A DNA stretch of 64,000 nucleotides from Bacteroidales bacterium (lineage in GTDB: Bacteria; Bacteroidota; Bacteroidia; Bacteroidales; BM520), in the NCBI GenBank assembly GCA_031276035.1, contig JAISNV010000028.1:55222-119221 (forward strand), written 5' to 3'. This document shows positions 1-9,722 of the stretch, piece by piece. How positions within the stretch are numbered: the stretch's first letter is position 1; each line of letters begins with the position of its first letter. The translations under genes were made by a program, and so were the position numbers. The notes beneath the pieces were generated by a model. That model was not told the DNA's origin. It did no database searches and saw only the letters and a list, made by a program, of their open reading frames with translations.

Positions 1-32
1 TGAATAGAATAATCTCGATTGAGAAAACAAAA

Positions 33-1310
33 ATGAATTATTCTTTCGAAAGGCCTACAACTCCGGGTATTGCAGAATGTACATTTATTTTCAGCAATGA
101 AATATTAAATAATTTCAACAGTAAAATCAATACGATTCGTACTTGTACCGCATTAACGATTGTTTCAGATTCTCTGATAAGTATATTGAACAGATTTTCC
201 TCCGAAGAAAAATACATCGGCAGTGATGCCGGAATTTTTCTAACTTTCATTGATTCTCAATTAGATTATATAAAGAAAAATGCCGATTCAATCAGCAAGA
301 TTTCAAATATTATAGATACACAAACGCTTTACAACAAGATACGTATTATTGAAGCAAGAAGAAATTCGGTTGCTTTATCCTATACCAATGAAAACACAGG
401 GAGATTAGCTCTCGGCGATCGTTATGCCACTGACTTAGCGAATAATTTTTGTAATTATTACGATAAATGGTTATATATGTCAAATTCCAGCAAGCATTTA
501 TATTCGGGAGAAATTGCATATATGAGCAGTTTCAAACGTACAAAACCGGACTTAGATGGTTTTCTTAAAACTATTTCCGAATCGGCACAAAATGCTTTTC
601 TGAATTATATGTATTTAAGGTTATTGAATGATGCTACAACTGCGTACGAAAATAATAACATTAACATTTCATTGATTCTGATTGATAATTACGAGTATAT
701 TTCCGAGATTTCGCAAAATTCATATACTGATAGTTTTCATAAGTTAAAAACGGATTGCTTGTCAACTTTACGCGACTCGTATTTAAAACTTGCCGAAATG
801 TTTGAACAAAACGGAAATTATTCCATCTCGAAAAATTATAATGATCAAGCAAAAGCTATTCAAAATAATTTGATGGCACATGGAGAGAGTTTTAAAGATT
901 CCCCCGAACATATTATCGAACACAAGGAAGTTCCGGATACGAATTATGTTACAATTTCAACCGTAAATACAAATACTATTGAAGAAGATGATTCTAATTA
1001 TATTGTTGAAGTTGAAGAAGATGAAAAAATCGAATTTAAAGAAGATAAAGAAGTTGTGATTGAAGATATTGCCGAAACAACAGAAATTATTAAAGAAGAA
1101 GAAATATCCCACAATAATTGTTCTTTATATATTAGAAAGTTAAAAGTTTTAGACGAAAAAATAGATAGCTTTACAATATTTACTGTCGAGAATTTATTCA
1201 ACCGTTACTCTAATGAACATCCTGAATGCATAAAATTATCTTTTAACGAATGGATTGAAAGTATCGGACGCGAGGATTTGTTATCAAAAAAGAAAAAAAA
1301 CAAAAGGTAA
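33..1310 (+). CDS. hypothetical protein with acidic Glu/Asp/Ile-rich linker and basic C-terminal tail
   Basis: 425-aa ATG-initiated ORF with no signal peptide. Acidic stretch EEDDSNYIVEVEEDEKIEFKEDKEVVIEDIAETTEIIKEEE; ends in KKKKNKR. No family motif recognised. A TGA at 1-3 suggests an upstream gene ends at the window edge. Confidence 0.55.
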   Translation: MNYSFERPTTPGIAECTFIFSNEILNNFNSKINTIRTCTALTIVSDSLISILNRFSSEEKYIGSDAGIFLTFIDSQLDYIKKNADSISKISNIIDTQTLYNKIRIIEARRNSVALSYTNENTGRLALGDRYATDLANNFCNYYDKWLYMSNSSKHLYSGEIAYMSSFKRTKPDLDGFLKTISESAQNAFLNYMYLRLLNDATTAYENNNINISLILIDNYEYISEISQNSYTDSFHKLKTDCLSTLRDSYLKLAEMFEQNGNYSISKNYNDQAKAIQNNLMAHGESFKDSPEHIIEHKEVPDTNYVTISTVNTNTIEEDDSNYIVEVEEDEKIEFKEDKEVVIEDIAETTEIIKEEEISHNNCSLYIRKLKVLDEKIDSFTIFTVENLFNRYSNEHPECIKLSFNEWIESIGREDLLSKKKKNKR

Positions 1311-1483
1311 AATTTTAATTTAGGATGTTATTTTACACGAGAAATTCTATCAATAAATTATAAAGTGCATCATTTGTAAAATTTCTAACTTAATCTGTGA
1401 AATTGATGAAATTTTTAAATTTTTGAATTTTAAATTCCTATTCCAAAATTATCAAGATTAAAAAATTTAAATAAAAACAGGAC

Positions 1484-2515
1484 ATGAAAATATTTAAAAT
1501 TTTAATATACAGCCTTATCGGTTTACTTACTGCTTTCGTATTCAAACCCTATAAAGATCCTTATCACAAAAAATTAGCTAAAGTCGGTTTTTTTGAAAAA
1601 AGAGCACAAATCGGAAATGTTAATTTCAATTATGTAGAAGGCCCTGATAACGGCCCTGCTCTTCTTTTGCTTCATGCGCAGCATATGGACTGGTATAGTT
1701 ACAGTAGAGTACTTCCGACTTTATCAAAATCATTTCACGTTTTTGCAATTGACTATCACGGACATGGAAAGACGGTATCAGACATCGAATCCATAAAAAA
1801 CGTCAATAAAATCGGTAAAGATTTAACCGATTTTATTAAAATTGTTATTAAAGAACCTATATATTTATCGGGAAATTCATCCGGAGGAATACTTGCAGCA
1901 TGGTTAGCTTCAACCGAGCCGGAATTGGTAAAATCAGTTGTTTTAGAAGATCCCGCATTATTATCCAGCGAATATCCGAGAGTACTCGAAACAATTGCCG
2001 ATAAATCATTTGCAATATGCAGTAAGTTTATTGAAGAAGGAGACAGCAGCAATTTTCTTATTTATTGGATTGACAGCTGTAAGGATTTTTTCAAAAGGCA
2101 GATTGGATTTAATGTTGCGCCTATGCTTGTTTCATCAGTAAAATCATATCAAAAAAATCATCCGGGAGAGGCGATTGAGATTTGGTATCTTCCTAAAATT
2201 GTTCGTTTGATGATGCGCGGTATGAATTATTATAATCCAAATTTTGGTGCGGCATTTCATAACGGCACATGGAATGAAGGTTTTGACCATCAGGAAGCGT
2301 TACGAAATATAGAATGTCCGGCGATTTTATTACATGCAAATTTTAAAATAATGGAGGATGGGACTTTAAATGGTGCACTTTCACAGGAAGAAGCTGATAA
2401 AATAGTTGAATTAATTCCGAATTGCAAATATATGAGAATAGATTCTCAACATGTTATTCATTTAGATAAACCCGAAGAATATATTGAGATAATTAACAAC
2501 TTTTTTTGTCATTAA
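1484..2515 (+). CDS. alpha/beta-fold hydrolase (membrane-anchored)
   Basis: 343 aa. N-terminal hydrophobic anchor ILIYSLIGLLTAFVF, oxyanion-region LLLLHAQH, nucleophile elbow G-N-S-S-G (YLSGNSSGG), C-terminal His region DSQHVIHLDKPEE. Confidence 0.8.
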   Translation: MKIFKILIYSLIGLLTAFVFKPYKDPYHKKLAKVGFFEKRAQIGNVNFNYVEGPDNGPALLLLHAQHMDWYSYSRVLPTLSKSFHVFAIDYHGHGKTVSDIESIKNVNKIGKDLTDFIKIVIKEPIYLSGNSSGGILAAWLASTEPELVKSVVLEDPALLSSEYPRVLETIADKSFAICSKFIEEGDSSNFLIYWIDSCKDFFKRQIGFNVAPMLVSSVKSYQKNHPGEAIEIWYLPKIVRLMMRGMNYYNPNFGAAFHNGTWNEGFDHQEALRNIECPAILLHANFKIMEDGTLNGALSQEEADKIVELIPNCKYMRIDSQHVIHLDKPEEYIEIINNFFCH

Positions 2516-2578
2516 AACCTTAATCAAATTCAGTTCTCATAATATTCTCTCTTATTAAACCTTTAATCCTTTATGTTT

Positions 2579-3217
2579 TTAATTAAAAAAGGGATTAAAG
2601 CGTTTTTCAAATTTCACGGTTGTAGGCGCATTATGCCCGGGATAAATGGTTGTTTCTTCAGGCAAAGTAAAAATTCTGCTCTTGATATTATTCGTAAGTA
2701 ATTCGTAATCACCTGTCGGAAAGTCGGTTCTGCCGATACTGCTTCTAAAAATGACGTCGCCTGTAAAAAGGATATTTTCTTTGGAATTATATAAGCACAC
2801 GCTACCATCTGCATGACCGGGCATATACATTACTTGCAGATAAGAGTTGCCGAATTTTACGATTTCTCCTTCTTCAAGATCGAATTTTAATTCCGGCATT
2901 TTAAAATTAGTAAATCCGATTAAATCGGCTTGCTGTTCTATCATTTTTATCAGCATGGCGCTATTAGAGTTAATTCTAGGAACAACATTGTATTTCTCTG
3001 TGATATGAGCGCCTCCGGCAAGATGATCTGCATGAGGATGAGTAAAAACCGCTTCTACCAATTGTAAATCATTGTCGGAAATAAATTTATCAAATACAGT
3101 TGTTTCTTCAGGATAATAAAAAGCCGGATCAATTACCAATGCCTGCTTTGTTTCATCATATAAAACATACGTATTTACTTCAATATGATTAAATATAAAA
3201 GAATGAATCTTCAGCAT
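2579..3217 (-). CDS. MBL-fold metallo-hydrolase (glyoxalase II-like)
   Basis: Metallo-beta-lactamase signature THPHADH plus MPGHADGS, TGDVIF and YPGHN. Start moved from 3274 to the internal ATG at 3217 (MLKIHSF) because the first 19 codons of the track ORF lie in a divergent promoter region. Confidence 0.85.
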   Translation of the reverse strand: MLKIHSFIFNHIEVNTYVLYDETKQALVIDPAFYYPEETTVFDKFISDNDLQLVEAVFTHPHADHLAGGAHITEKYNVVPRINSNSAMLIKMIEQQADLIGFTNFKMPELKFDLEEGEIVKFGNSYLQVMYMPGHADGSVCLYNSKENILFTGDVIFRSSIGRTDFPTGDYELLTNNIKSRIFTLPEETTIYPGHNAPTTVKFEKRFNPFFN

Positions 3218-3236
3218 AATTCTGTCAATTTTTTTG

Positions 3237-3244
3237 CAAAAATA
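3237..3244 (-). promoter_or_regulatory. candidate Bacteroidota -7 box (TATTTTTG on minus strand) for the MBL hydrolase gene
   Basis: Plus-strand caaaaata is the reverse complement of TAnnTTTG, about 20 nt upstream of the ATG at 3217. Confidence 0.35.
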
Positions 3245-3288
3245 GCGAAACTTGATAAAATTTTGCATGCACATCTTAAAATAATAAT

Positions 3289-3296
3289 TACTTTTG
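3289..3296 (+). promoter_or_regulatory. candidate Bacteroidota -7 box (TACTTTTG) for the small lipoprotein gene
   Basis: Matches TAnnTTTG, with a TTTG about 24 nt upstream (3262-3265). Lies about 70 nt upstream of the ATG at 3367. Confidence 0.35.
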
Positions 3297-3366
3297 CAAA
3301 AAATTAGTTAAACAACAGGAGCATGCCGAAAATCCTATCAAAGAGTAGGCAAAAAATTTGAAAATT

Positions 3367-3570
3367 ATGAAAAAATTATTAATTGGTTTAGCAGTTGTTG
3401 CTTTCGCGTTTACTTTAACATCTTGTAATAAAACATGTCAATGTACTTACAAAATAGGTTCGTTATCTTATGAATATGAAACAGATCGTCCAGAAGGAGG
3501 AAAATGTTCAGATATCGGTTCTCTTGAGATTAACGGAACTGTAATTGACACCGGTGTTGAATGCAAATAA
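3367..3570 (+). CDS. small cysteine-containing lipoprotein (67 aa)
   Basis: Signal peptide plus lipobox (FAFTLTSC). Mature peptide has four more Cys (CQC...C...C). The track start at 3358 is TTG; the ATG at 3367 is more likely. Followed by a clean terminator. Confidence 0.55.
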   Translation: MKKLLIGLAVVAFAFTLTSCNKTCQCTYKIGSLSYEYETDRPEGGKCSDIGSLEINGTVIDTGVECK

Positions 3571-3589
3571 TTGCAAACTAAATTAAATC

Positions 3590-3625
3590 AAAAGAGCAAT
3601 GCCTAAATAACATTGCTCTTTTTTA
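3590..3625 (+). terminator. rho-independent terminator
   Basis: Stem aaaagagcaatg (3590-3601) pairs with cattgctctttt (3611-3622); 9-nt loop; T-tract follows. Confidence 0.65.
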
Positions 3626-3630
3626 TATCT

Positions 3631-4569
3631 ATGATAAGAATTTATCAAAATAAAACATTATCAATTGTCTTACGAATTATTGTCGGACTCACGTTCATTG
3701 CATCCGCAGTATTAAAATATATTTCCATTGATGTGTTTGATTTGTATGTTTACGAACATAATCTCTTTTCAATATCAATTACAGAAACTCTTACACGACT
3801 GTTAATTGCCGCTGAATTTACTTTAGGTATTATGCTAATTCTCGGAATATATTTCCGGTTTGCATACTATACTTCATTGATATTTCTGACGGCATTCACA
3901 ATTTATCTTTTTTTACTCCCCTATCTCTTCGATGTTGATATTTCAAACTGCCACTGTTTCGGTGAGGCAATAATCTTTACACGAAATCAATCAATTATAA
4001 AAAATATATTTTTAATAATTGCTCTGATATTCATTACCCCACATTTCTTTAAAAGAAGAAAATGGGAAACATGGGCTTTTATTACAATTAGTATAGCCTC
4101 GTTAGTTGTCGTATTTGTTATTAATGCGCCTAATTACCTATACACTTTAGTACATAAAACCAAAATAAAGGTTAACACCGAACTATATAAAGAAGCTCTT
4201 CAAAATTACGGTACTGAAAAAGAATTTACTAACGGGAAACAAATTATTTGCATGTATTCTACACAATGCCAATATTGTAGAAAATCAGCAATAAAATTAC
4301 ATCTTATTTTAAGAAACAATAATCTTCCCGAAGAAAACGTAAAAGCTATATTTTGGACAGGTACTACCGACGGTACAATTAATAATTTTTTTAAAGAACA
4401 AAACATTCCATCTGTAGAATATACGGCATTCCGTGTAGATACGTTTCTAAACGTTACCAATGGGAAAATGCCTCTTATTCTTTTCTCTGACAACGGAGAT
4501 ATTATAAAGGTTGCCGATTATATCTCAATGAAAGAAAAGGATGTTGTTGATTTTCTATCCGACAAATAA
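3631..4569 (+). CDS. MauE/DoxX-like redox-associated membrane protein fused to a thioredoxin-like (CxxC) domain
   Basis: N-terminal half has about 5 hydrophobic helices and a CHCFG motif typical of MauE/DoxX proteins. C-terminal soluble half carries CQYC. Start moved to ATG 3631 because TTG 3613 sits inside the upstream terminator hairpin. Confidence 0.6.
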   Translation: MIRIYQNKTLSIVLRIIVGLTFIASAVLKYISIDVFDLYVYEHNLFSISITETLTRLLIAAEFTLGIMLILGIYFRFAYYTSLIFLTAFTIYLFLLPYLFDVDISNCHCFGEAIIFTRNQSIIKNIFLIIALIFITPHFFKRRKWETWAFITISIASLVVVFVINAPNYLYTLVHKTKIKVNTELYKEALQNYGTEKEFTNGKQIICMYSTQCQYCRKSAIKLHLILRNNNLPEENVKAIFWTGTTDGTINNFFKEQNIPSVEYTAFRVDTFLNVTNGKMPLILFSDNGDIIKVADYISMKEKDVVDFLSDK

Positions 4570-4611
4570 AAACATTTTTTCGTCATCACTTTATATTGTC
4601 AAAAAATATGT

Positions 4612-4619
4612 TAACTTTG
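4612..4619 (+). promoter_or_regulatory. candidate -7 box (TAACTTTG) for the 4673-10956 gene cluster
   Basis: Exact TAnnTTTG 54 nt upstream of ATG 4673, in an intergenic region. Confidence 0.4.
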
Positions 4620-4672
4620 CGAAGTTCTTTGAAAATCAAAACATCAAACCAAGTATTTATTAAATTTTATTT

Positions 4673-6322
4673 ATGATAAAACAATTACGCGCAACTTTCT
4701 TACTTGTTATTCTTGGATTAGTTTACACGAACACAATATGCCAAGATCTTAACAGTGCAATAATTAACGATTACAATCGAAACTCCATCAGTGAAATTTT
4801 TATCCGCTATTCCGATTCATATAATTCAGACATTCAGAAAATGTTTGAAAATCGGTCGGTTTCGGAAAAATTTGATGTTAACGAAATCTCTTTAAAATAT
4901 ATCAATTCAAATGAAAGCAGAAATATTATTAAAGACGACACGCGCATAAATCCGAACAGAACAGCAGCAATTACAAATTTCTTAAATGAAAGGAATATCG
5001 GACTTGAAGTGGTTTCTTACATTTTCAATCGTGATGCCAACGGCAAGATGGATCTGAGCAGAATTCACGAACGCGGATTATACACAGCAAAAGATACCGA
5101 TGTAAGACTCAGCGGAGTAAAAGTCAGAGGACTTTTTGAAATGGAAGATTACGGCCATGAGCTCATTAGCAAAAGTTATATTATTGTCTATGACTTCGTT
5201 AATATTCGTACCGAGTATAATAATATTTATAAAGAAGATTATTACAAAGGACAAATTTCAGCGTACGTTTTTGAAATACAGTGGAACGATGAAATTCAGG
5301 CAATGATTTTCGACTCATGGATTGATGATGATACTCCTCAAGACCAAATTGCCGAGAAGATAAAGGCTTATAACAATATATATATTCCGGTCAAATGCGA
5401 TTTAAGAGCTACGACCACAGCTTCAACAGTTAAGGATAAATCAAACGATTTCAAAACTTGGCTTGCGGAAGCGAATAATAATATTTCACACGAAATTCAG
5501 AAAAATTTTGATGATTTTGCTGTTATATCAGCAATTACGAATCTTAATCCGATAAGATCCAAAATAGGTTTGAAAGAAGGATTAAAGCCCGGACTTCGTT
5601 TTTATGTTTACGAAAATGTGATGAAAGGTGACGGAAATATTGCAAAATCAAGACAAGGAGTATTGAGAGCAACTCATAATATTGTAGATAACAGATATGT
5701 TGCTACAGGGCAAAATCCTGAAAGCGAATTCAGGCAAATTGCAGGAAATAAATTGGAACTGGGGCAATCTTTAATGGAAAAGAGAGATCTTGGTTTCAGC
5801 CTTTCGGCCGGATACGCAAGTACACTATTAAGAGGTAAATCTAACGACAGCATTGCGGGAAACATCGGCGGCGCGCATATAGATATCGGATATGAAATTT
5901 TCATGAAATCAAAATTAATGAGCAGTTATACCATGATAGCATGCAACATTGAAGCAAGCGCTTTTAATGTTGCATTAAGTTATTATATTGGCTTAAGCAT
6001 CAGAAATTTTGAAATTTTACCTTTTGTAGGTTTCGGACTTGATCATTATTCTGTTCCGGATTCTCCTGATATTCAAAGTAGTGAAGGAAGTAAATACGGA
6101 GCTTGGTTTGTACAGGGCGGATTAAGAATGCATGTTAATATTTATTATCCTGTTCAATTTTTTGCCGCCTGCGAATGGAATCAAATAGTGAGTATCGGTG
6201 ATTACTATGATGAACTTTCCGGCACAATCAAAGAATTTACTGTAGATAATTCATTGAAACATTATAAATACAGAAGTTTAAACGGTTTGCACACTTACGG
6301 CGGAATAAGAATTTGTTTCTAA
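4673..6322 (+). CDS. exported protein with a C-terminal outer-membrane beta-barrel-like region
   Basis: 549 aa. Signal peptide MIKQLRATFLLVILGLVYTNTICQ. The last ~180 aa show alternating hydrophobic/Gly/aromatic strands and a terminal Phe (GGIRICF), as in OMP barrels. No family recognised for the N-terminal ~360 aa. Confidence 0.55.
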   Translation: MIKQLRATFLLVILGLVYTNTICQDLNSAIINDYNRNSISEIFIRYSDSYNSDIQKMFENRSVSEKFDVNEISLKYINSNESRNIIKDDTRINPNRTAAITNFLNERNIGLEVVSYIFNRDANGKMDLSRIHERGLYTAKDTDVRLSGVKVRGLFEMEDYGHELISKSYIIVYDFVNIRTEYNNIYKEDYYKGQISAYVFEIQWNDEIQAMIFDSWIDDDTPQDQIAEKIKAYNNIYIPVKCDLRATTTASTVKDKSNDFKTWLAEANNNISHEIQKNFDDFAVISAITNLNPIRSKIGLKEGLKPGLRFYVYENVMKGDGNIAKSRQGVLRATHNIVDNRYVATGQNPESEFRQIAGNKLELGQSLMEKRDLGFSLSAGYASTLLRGKSNDSIAGNIGGAHIDIGYEIFMKSKLMSSYTMIACNIEASAFNVALSYYIGLSIRNFEILPFVGFGLDHYSVPDSPDIQSSEGSKYGAWFVQGGLRMHVNIYYPVQFFAACEWNQIVSIGDYYDELSGTIKEFTVDNSLKHYKYRSLNGLHTYGGIRICF

Positions 6323-6509
6323 ATTTACAAAATATTGCAAAATAATTAAAATAAGATTATTTTTGTTTTTTGATGTTTATATCATCGAAATAAAAATTTA
6401 ATAAACATGAAACCATCATGGCAAATATGTTTGTCTCGCAAAAGAAAATAATCCATATGGTTACATACGTACAATTTAATCAAAAATAAACAAACAAAAA
6501 TATTTACGT

Positions 6510-7028
6510 ATGAAAAGAATATTTTTACTAAGCATTGTTATTACAATGTTTCTTCCTGCCACGGCTCAAAAAGCCAAAAAAGGTGATTTCAATCCTTCAG
6601 CAAATTACGAAGTACAAGTGCTCGGAGTAGGTCAAGACGGAACAAAAGTTTTTAGAATCTGGAATACAGCTTCAAAAGTTGATGATGCCATTACAGAAGC
6701 TAAGCGTAACGCCGTAGCAGTATGCCTGTTCAGAGGATTACCCGGAAGCGGATTTACAAATGAAACTCCGCCTATTTGTCAAATCGGAGACGAAATCAAA
6801 TACGAAGAATTTTTCAAAGAATTCTTTAAATTACCGCAAAAGGACGGCACGGGAGGAATGTATCTTCGTTTCGTAAACAGAACTACCGACGAACCGCCAT
6901 CAGGACAATTTAGGGTAAAAGTAAAAAAAGGTTACAAAGTTGCTATTGATGTTCAGGTACTTTATAACAGTCTCAGAAAATACATGGAAGAACAAGGTAT
7001 TGTTAAGAAATTAGATAGCGGGTTTTGA
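6510..7028 (+). CDS. exported hypothetical protein (172 aa)
   Basis: Signal peptide ending PATAQ-KAKK. Contains a helix ITEAKRNAVAVCLFRGLPGSG reminiscent of LPP20-type proteins. No firm family call. Confidence 0.5.
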   Translation: MKRIFLLSIVITMFLPATAQKAKKGDFNPSANYEVQVLGVGQDGTKVFRIWNTASKVDDAITEAKRNAVAVCLFRGLPGSGFTNETPPICQIGDEIKYEEFFKEFFKLPQKDGTGGMYLRFVNRTTDEPPSGQFRVKVKKGYKVAIDVQVLYNSLRKYMEEQGIVKKLDSGF

Positions 7029-7054
7029 TACAATTTTAATATAAATCGAAAATT

Positions 7055-8029
7055 ATGAAAAGAATTTTTATTATATCTTCATTGATATTTATCAGTATTG
7101 CAGCATTTTCACAGGCAAAGAAACCTACTTTAATGGTTATTCCGAGTGACAGTTATTGCGATAGAAACGGCTTTACACAATATTATACGGATGAAGCAGG
7201 AAACAGGCATGTAATATCAGATTACACAAAAGCTTTCAGCCAAGCCGAAAGTGAAGAACTTCGATTGGTAATTTCCGAACTTTCGAAAATCATGGCAGAA
7301 AGAGGTTTCCCATTAAAAGACCTTGAACAAACTTTAAAATCAATTAAACAAACAAATATTGAGAGAGATTTACTGACATCCTCTTCGGGAAGTGTTATAA
7401 AAGAATCTCCGATTGACGTCATCAAACGCACGGCAAAAGCAGACATCATCCTTGATCTTGACTTTTCTGTAAAAACAAGGGGGCCTCAAAAATATATCAC
7501 TTTCAACCTCAGAGGTGTTGATGCTTATTCAAATAAAGTAATTGCTTCGGCTTCCGGCGACGGCAAACCTTCTACTTCCGCAACTGTCGGAATTCTTCTC
7601 GAAGAAGCTGTTATAAATTATATTGACGATTTTAACGCAGCGCTGCAAAAACATTTTAACGACATGTTTACCAACGGTCGCGAAATTGTTGTGATACTAA
7701 ATGTTTGGGATAATGCCGATTTTGACTTCGACACTGAATACGAGTATATGGGAGAAACCGGAATGCTGGTTGATATTATTGATGTTTGGATGGATGATAA
7801 TTGCGTGAACAGCAGATTTTCAAGAATATCCAATACTGAAAATATGATTCACTACGAACAAGTGAGAATTCCTCTTTATAAAACTTCCTTCGGTAAAGAA
7901 AGAGCTATTGATGCAAGAGGATTTATTGCCGATTTAAGTTCTTTCCTTAGGAAAGCCCCTTTCTATATTGATTCTAAAATATACGACAGAGGGCTTGGTG
8001 AAGTATGGTTAATCTTAGGTGAGAAGTAG
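7055..8029 (+). CDS. exported hypothetical protein with a TolB-N/CsgG/LpoB-like alpha/beta N-domain (by eye)
   Basis: Signal peptide ending AAFSQ-AKKP. PTLMVIPSD ... ERGFPLKDLEQ ... AKADIILDLDFSV ... ITFNLRGVDAYSNKVIASASG follows the strand-helix pattern of CsgG/TolB-N-like periplasmic domains. 26 nt downstream of the preceding gene. Confidence 0.45.
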   Translation: MKRIFIISSLIFISIAAFSQAKKPTLMVIPSDSYCDRNGFTQYYTDEAGNRHVISDYTKAFSQAESEELRLVISELSKIMAERGFPLKDLEQTLKSIKQTNIERDLLTSSSGSVIKESPIDVIKRTAKADIILDLDFSVKTRGPQKYITFNLRGVDAYSNKVIASASGDGKPSTSATVGILLEEAVINYIDDFNAALQKHFNDMFTNGREIVVILNVWDNADFDFDTEYEYMGETGMLVDIIDVWMDDNCVNSRFSRISNTENMIHYEQVRIPLYKTSFGKERAIDARGFIADLSSFLRKAPFYIDSKIYDRGLGEVWLILGEK

Positions 8030-8043
8030 TAAACATTAAAACA

Positions 8044-8760
8044 ATGATTATGAAAAAACTGAAAATATTATTTTGTTTTGCGTTAATAACTTTTGTTTCA
8101 ACAGGAGTTTACGCACAAACTCAAGAAGCATCGCGTATTGCGATTCAGGTTCAAATGCCTAATAATCTATCGATAAATAATGATGCTTCGTTAATTTTAT
8201 TCAACCGACTCACTCAGGCAGTTGCCTTGAACGGTTTGGGAGCGTATTCTTCGAAATTTATTCTCATGCCTATCGTTACTATTCTTTCAAAAGAAATTAC
8301 CACAACCATTCCTCAACAAGTAGTTGTAGATTTGGAGTTATCTTTATTTATTGTTGATAATTCCAGACAAATTATTCTTCAACAGGGATCTATTAATTTG
8401 AAAGGAATTGATGAAAATGAACAAAAAGCTATATTAAAAGCAATTACAAATCTTAAGGCAAGACATCCGAAATTAAAAAATCTGATTGTCAGTGGTAAGG
8501 AAAAGATAGTAAACTATTATGATACTCAATGTAATGACATTATGAATACTGTTCAATCATATTTGGACAGAGGCATGTATGTCGAAGCAATAATTGAGCT
8601 CGAGTCTGTTCCTTCTGCGCCTGAAACTATGCCTTGCTACGAAAAAGCTCAGAAAATGCTGGTTAATATAGATAATGTGAAACGCAGTACCGCTGAAAAG
8701 AAAATTTCAGAATCAGAACCCGATCTCGAATGGATAAATAAATCTTCATACAATGAATAA
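8044..8760 (+). CDS. exported hypothetical protein (238 aa)
   Basis: Signal peptide ending GVYAQ-TQE. 14 nt after the preceding stop; overlaps the next gene by 8 nt. An alternative ATG lies at 8050. Confidence 0.5.
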   Translation: MIMKKLKILFCFALITFVSTGVYAQTQEASRIAIQVQMPNNLSINNDASLILFNRLTQAVALNGLGAYSSKFILMPIVTILSKEITTTIPQQVVVDLELSLFIVDNSRQIILQQGSINLKGIDENEQKAILKAITNLKARHPKLKNLIVSGKEKIVNYYDTQCNDIMNTVQSYLDRGMYVEAIIELESVPSAPETMPCYEKAQKMLVNIDNVKRSTAEKKISESEPDLEWINKSSYNE

Positions 8761-9700
8761 ATCAATTTTAAAACAAAGCAAAACACTTATTGTTATTGCA
8801 TTGATATTATCATCATTTATATGTACTGCTCAAAATAAAAAAGTACTTGAAACAAGCAGCAAGAAAAAACCCGAATGGGTCGGCGGAGTTGAAAAAGGTT
8901 ATCTGATTGTTACTGCCGAAGCGCCTGAAATTGAAGAAGCTAAAGGCAAAATATTACAAAATCTCAAATCTCAGATTGCGGAAACTGTTGCAACACGGAT
9001 TGTCAGCGAAACAACTCTTCAAACAAGCCAAGAAAGAAATAATAATAGTTACGAACTCAAAGAGTCATTCAACAATTTTATTAACTCAAAAGCTGCGAAC
9101 ATTCCATATATCAGCGAAATATCTCTATCCAAAGCGGTTGATTATTATTGGGAAAAGCTGAAAAACAAATCGACCGGAGAAATTACTTATCAATATCACA
9201 TAAAATATATTTTTATGGAGGCGGATATTAAGGAGCTTGTCTGGGCGTTTGAAAAATATCAGAATGATCTGAACGGAAAGTTAAATTCTTATATTGAAGG
9301 ATTAAATTCAGTAACTCGTTTTGAAGATATTGAAAAAAATATGGACGATTTAAGAACGCTTCAAACAGAATTTGATAAAGATGATCCGCGTTACGAAAAA
9401 GTGGATTTGATAAGAAATGATTATCGTAAACTTGCTAAAAAAATCATTATCGAAACCGTTGAAATCGGCAAAGAATATGTAATTACGCAGATGCGATTAA
9501 ATAATGTGATTTTGACGTGTAATCAAATTCCGAAAGTTTCTTCAAACTGTGCAAATAAATTCGAATTCAATTTAAAAGAAAATCAGATCAGAATAGATTT
9601 CGACGACTTTAATTGTTATGATGACGATGAGAATTACGTTGAAGTAAAATACAGAATGGGAAGCGAATATATCAATAAGAAAATTTATATAAAATTATAA
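8753..9700 (+). CDS. exported protein with LPP20-like N-terminal region
   Basis: Signal peptide ending ICTAQ-NKK. KKPEWVGGVEKGYLIVTAEAPEIEEAKGKILQNLKSQIAETVATRI resembles the P[DE]WV...G...A..A..la motif of LPP20 lipoproteins. The 8-nt overlap with the upstream gene suggests translational coupling. Confidence 0.5.
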   Translation: MNKSILKQSKTLIVIALILSSFICTAQNKKVLETSSKKKPEWVGGVEKGYLIVTAEAPEIEEAKGKILQNLKSQIAETVATRIVSETTLQTSQERNNNSYELKESFNNFINSKAANIPYISEISLSKAVDYYWEKLKNKSTGEITYQYHIKYIFMEADIKELVWAFEKYQNDLNGKLNSYIEGLNSVTRFEDIEKNMDDLRTLQTEFDKDDPRYEKVDLIRNDYRKLAKKIIIETVEIGKEYVITQMRLNNVILTCNQIPKVSSNCANKFEFNLKENQIRIDFDDFNCYDDDENYVEVKYRMGSEYINKKIYIKL

Positions 9701-9722
9701 CATATAACTAAATTTACTAACT

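Noticed and set aside
3218-3274. N-terminal extensions in the ORF track at 3274, 25699, 30084, 43205, 46387, 49362, 52290, 28926, 3613, 10378, 12262 and 3358.
   Set aside because: Several begin at TTG. All precede an internal ATG that starts a signal peptide, a lipobox or the conserved N-terminus. Several would overlap neighbouring genes, promoters or terminator hairpins. Shorter starts were adopted.
6323-6509. 187-bp gap inside the exported-protein cluster, with two TAnnTTTG matches (6358-6365, 6426-6433) and a 14-codon ORF (MKPSWQICLSRKRK), as a possible internal promoter or leader peptide.
   Set aside because: TAnnTTTG is expected by chance fairly often in this AT-rich sequence, and the mini-ORF is too short to evaluate. 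It is noted as a caveat to the single-operon model rather than a feature.
8907-9161. 84-aa same-strand alternate-frame ORF inside the 8753-9700 gene.
   Set aside because: Its Lys/Leu-rich translation has no signal or motif, and the overlapping frame has a signal peptide and an LPP20-like motif.
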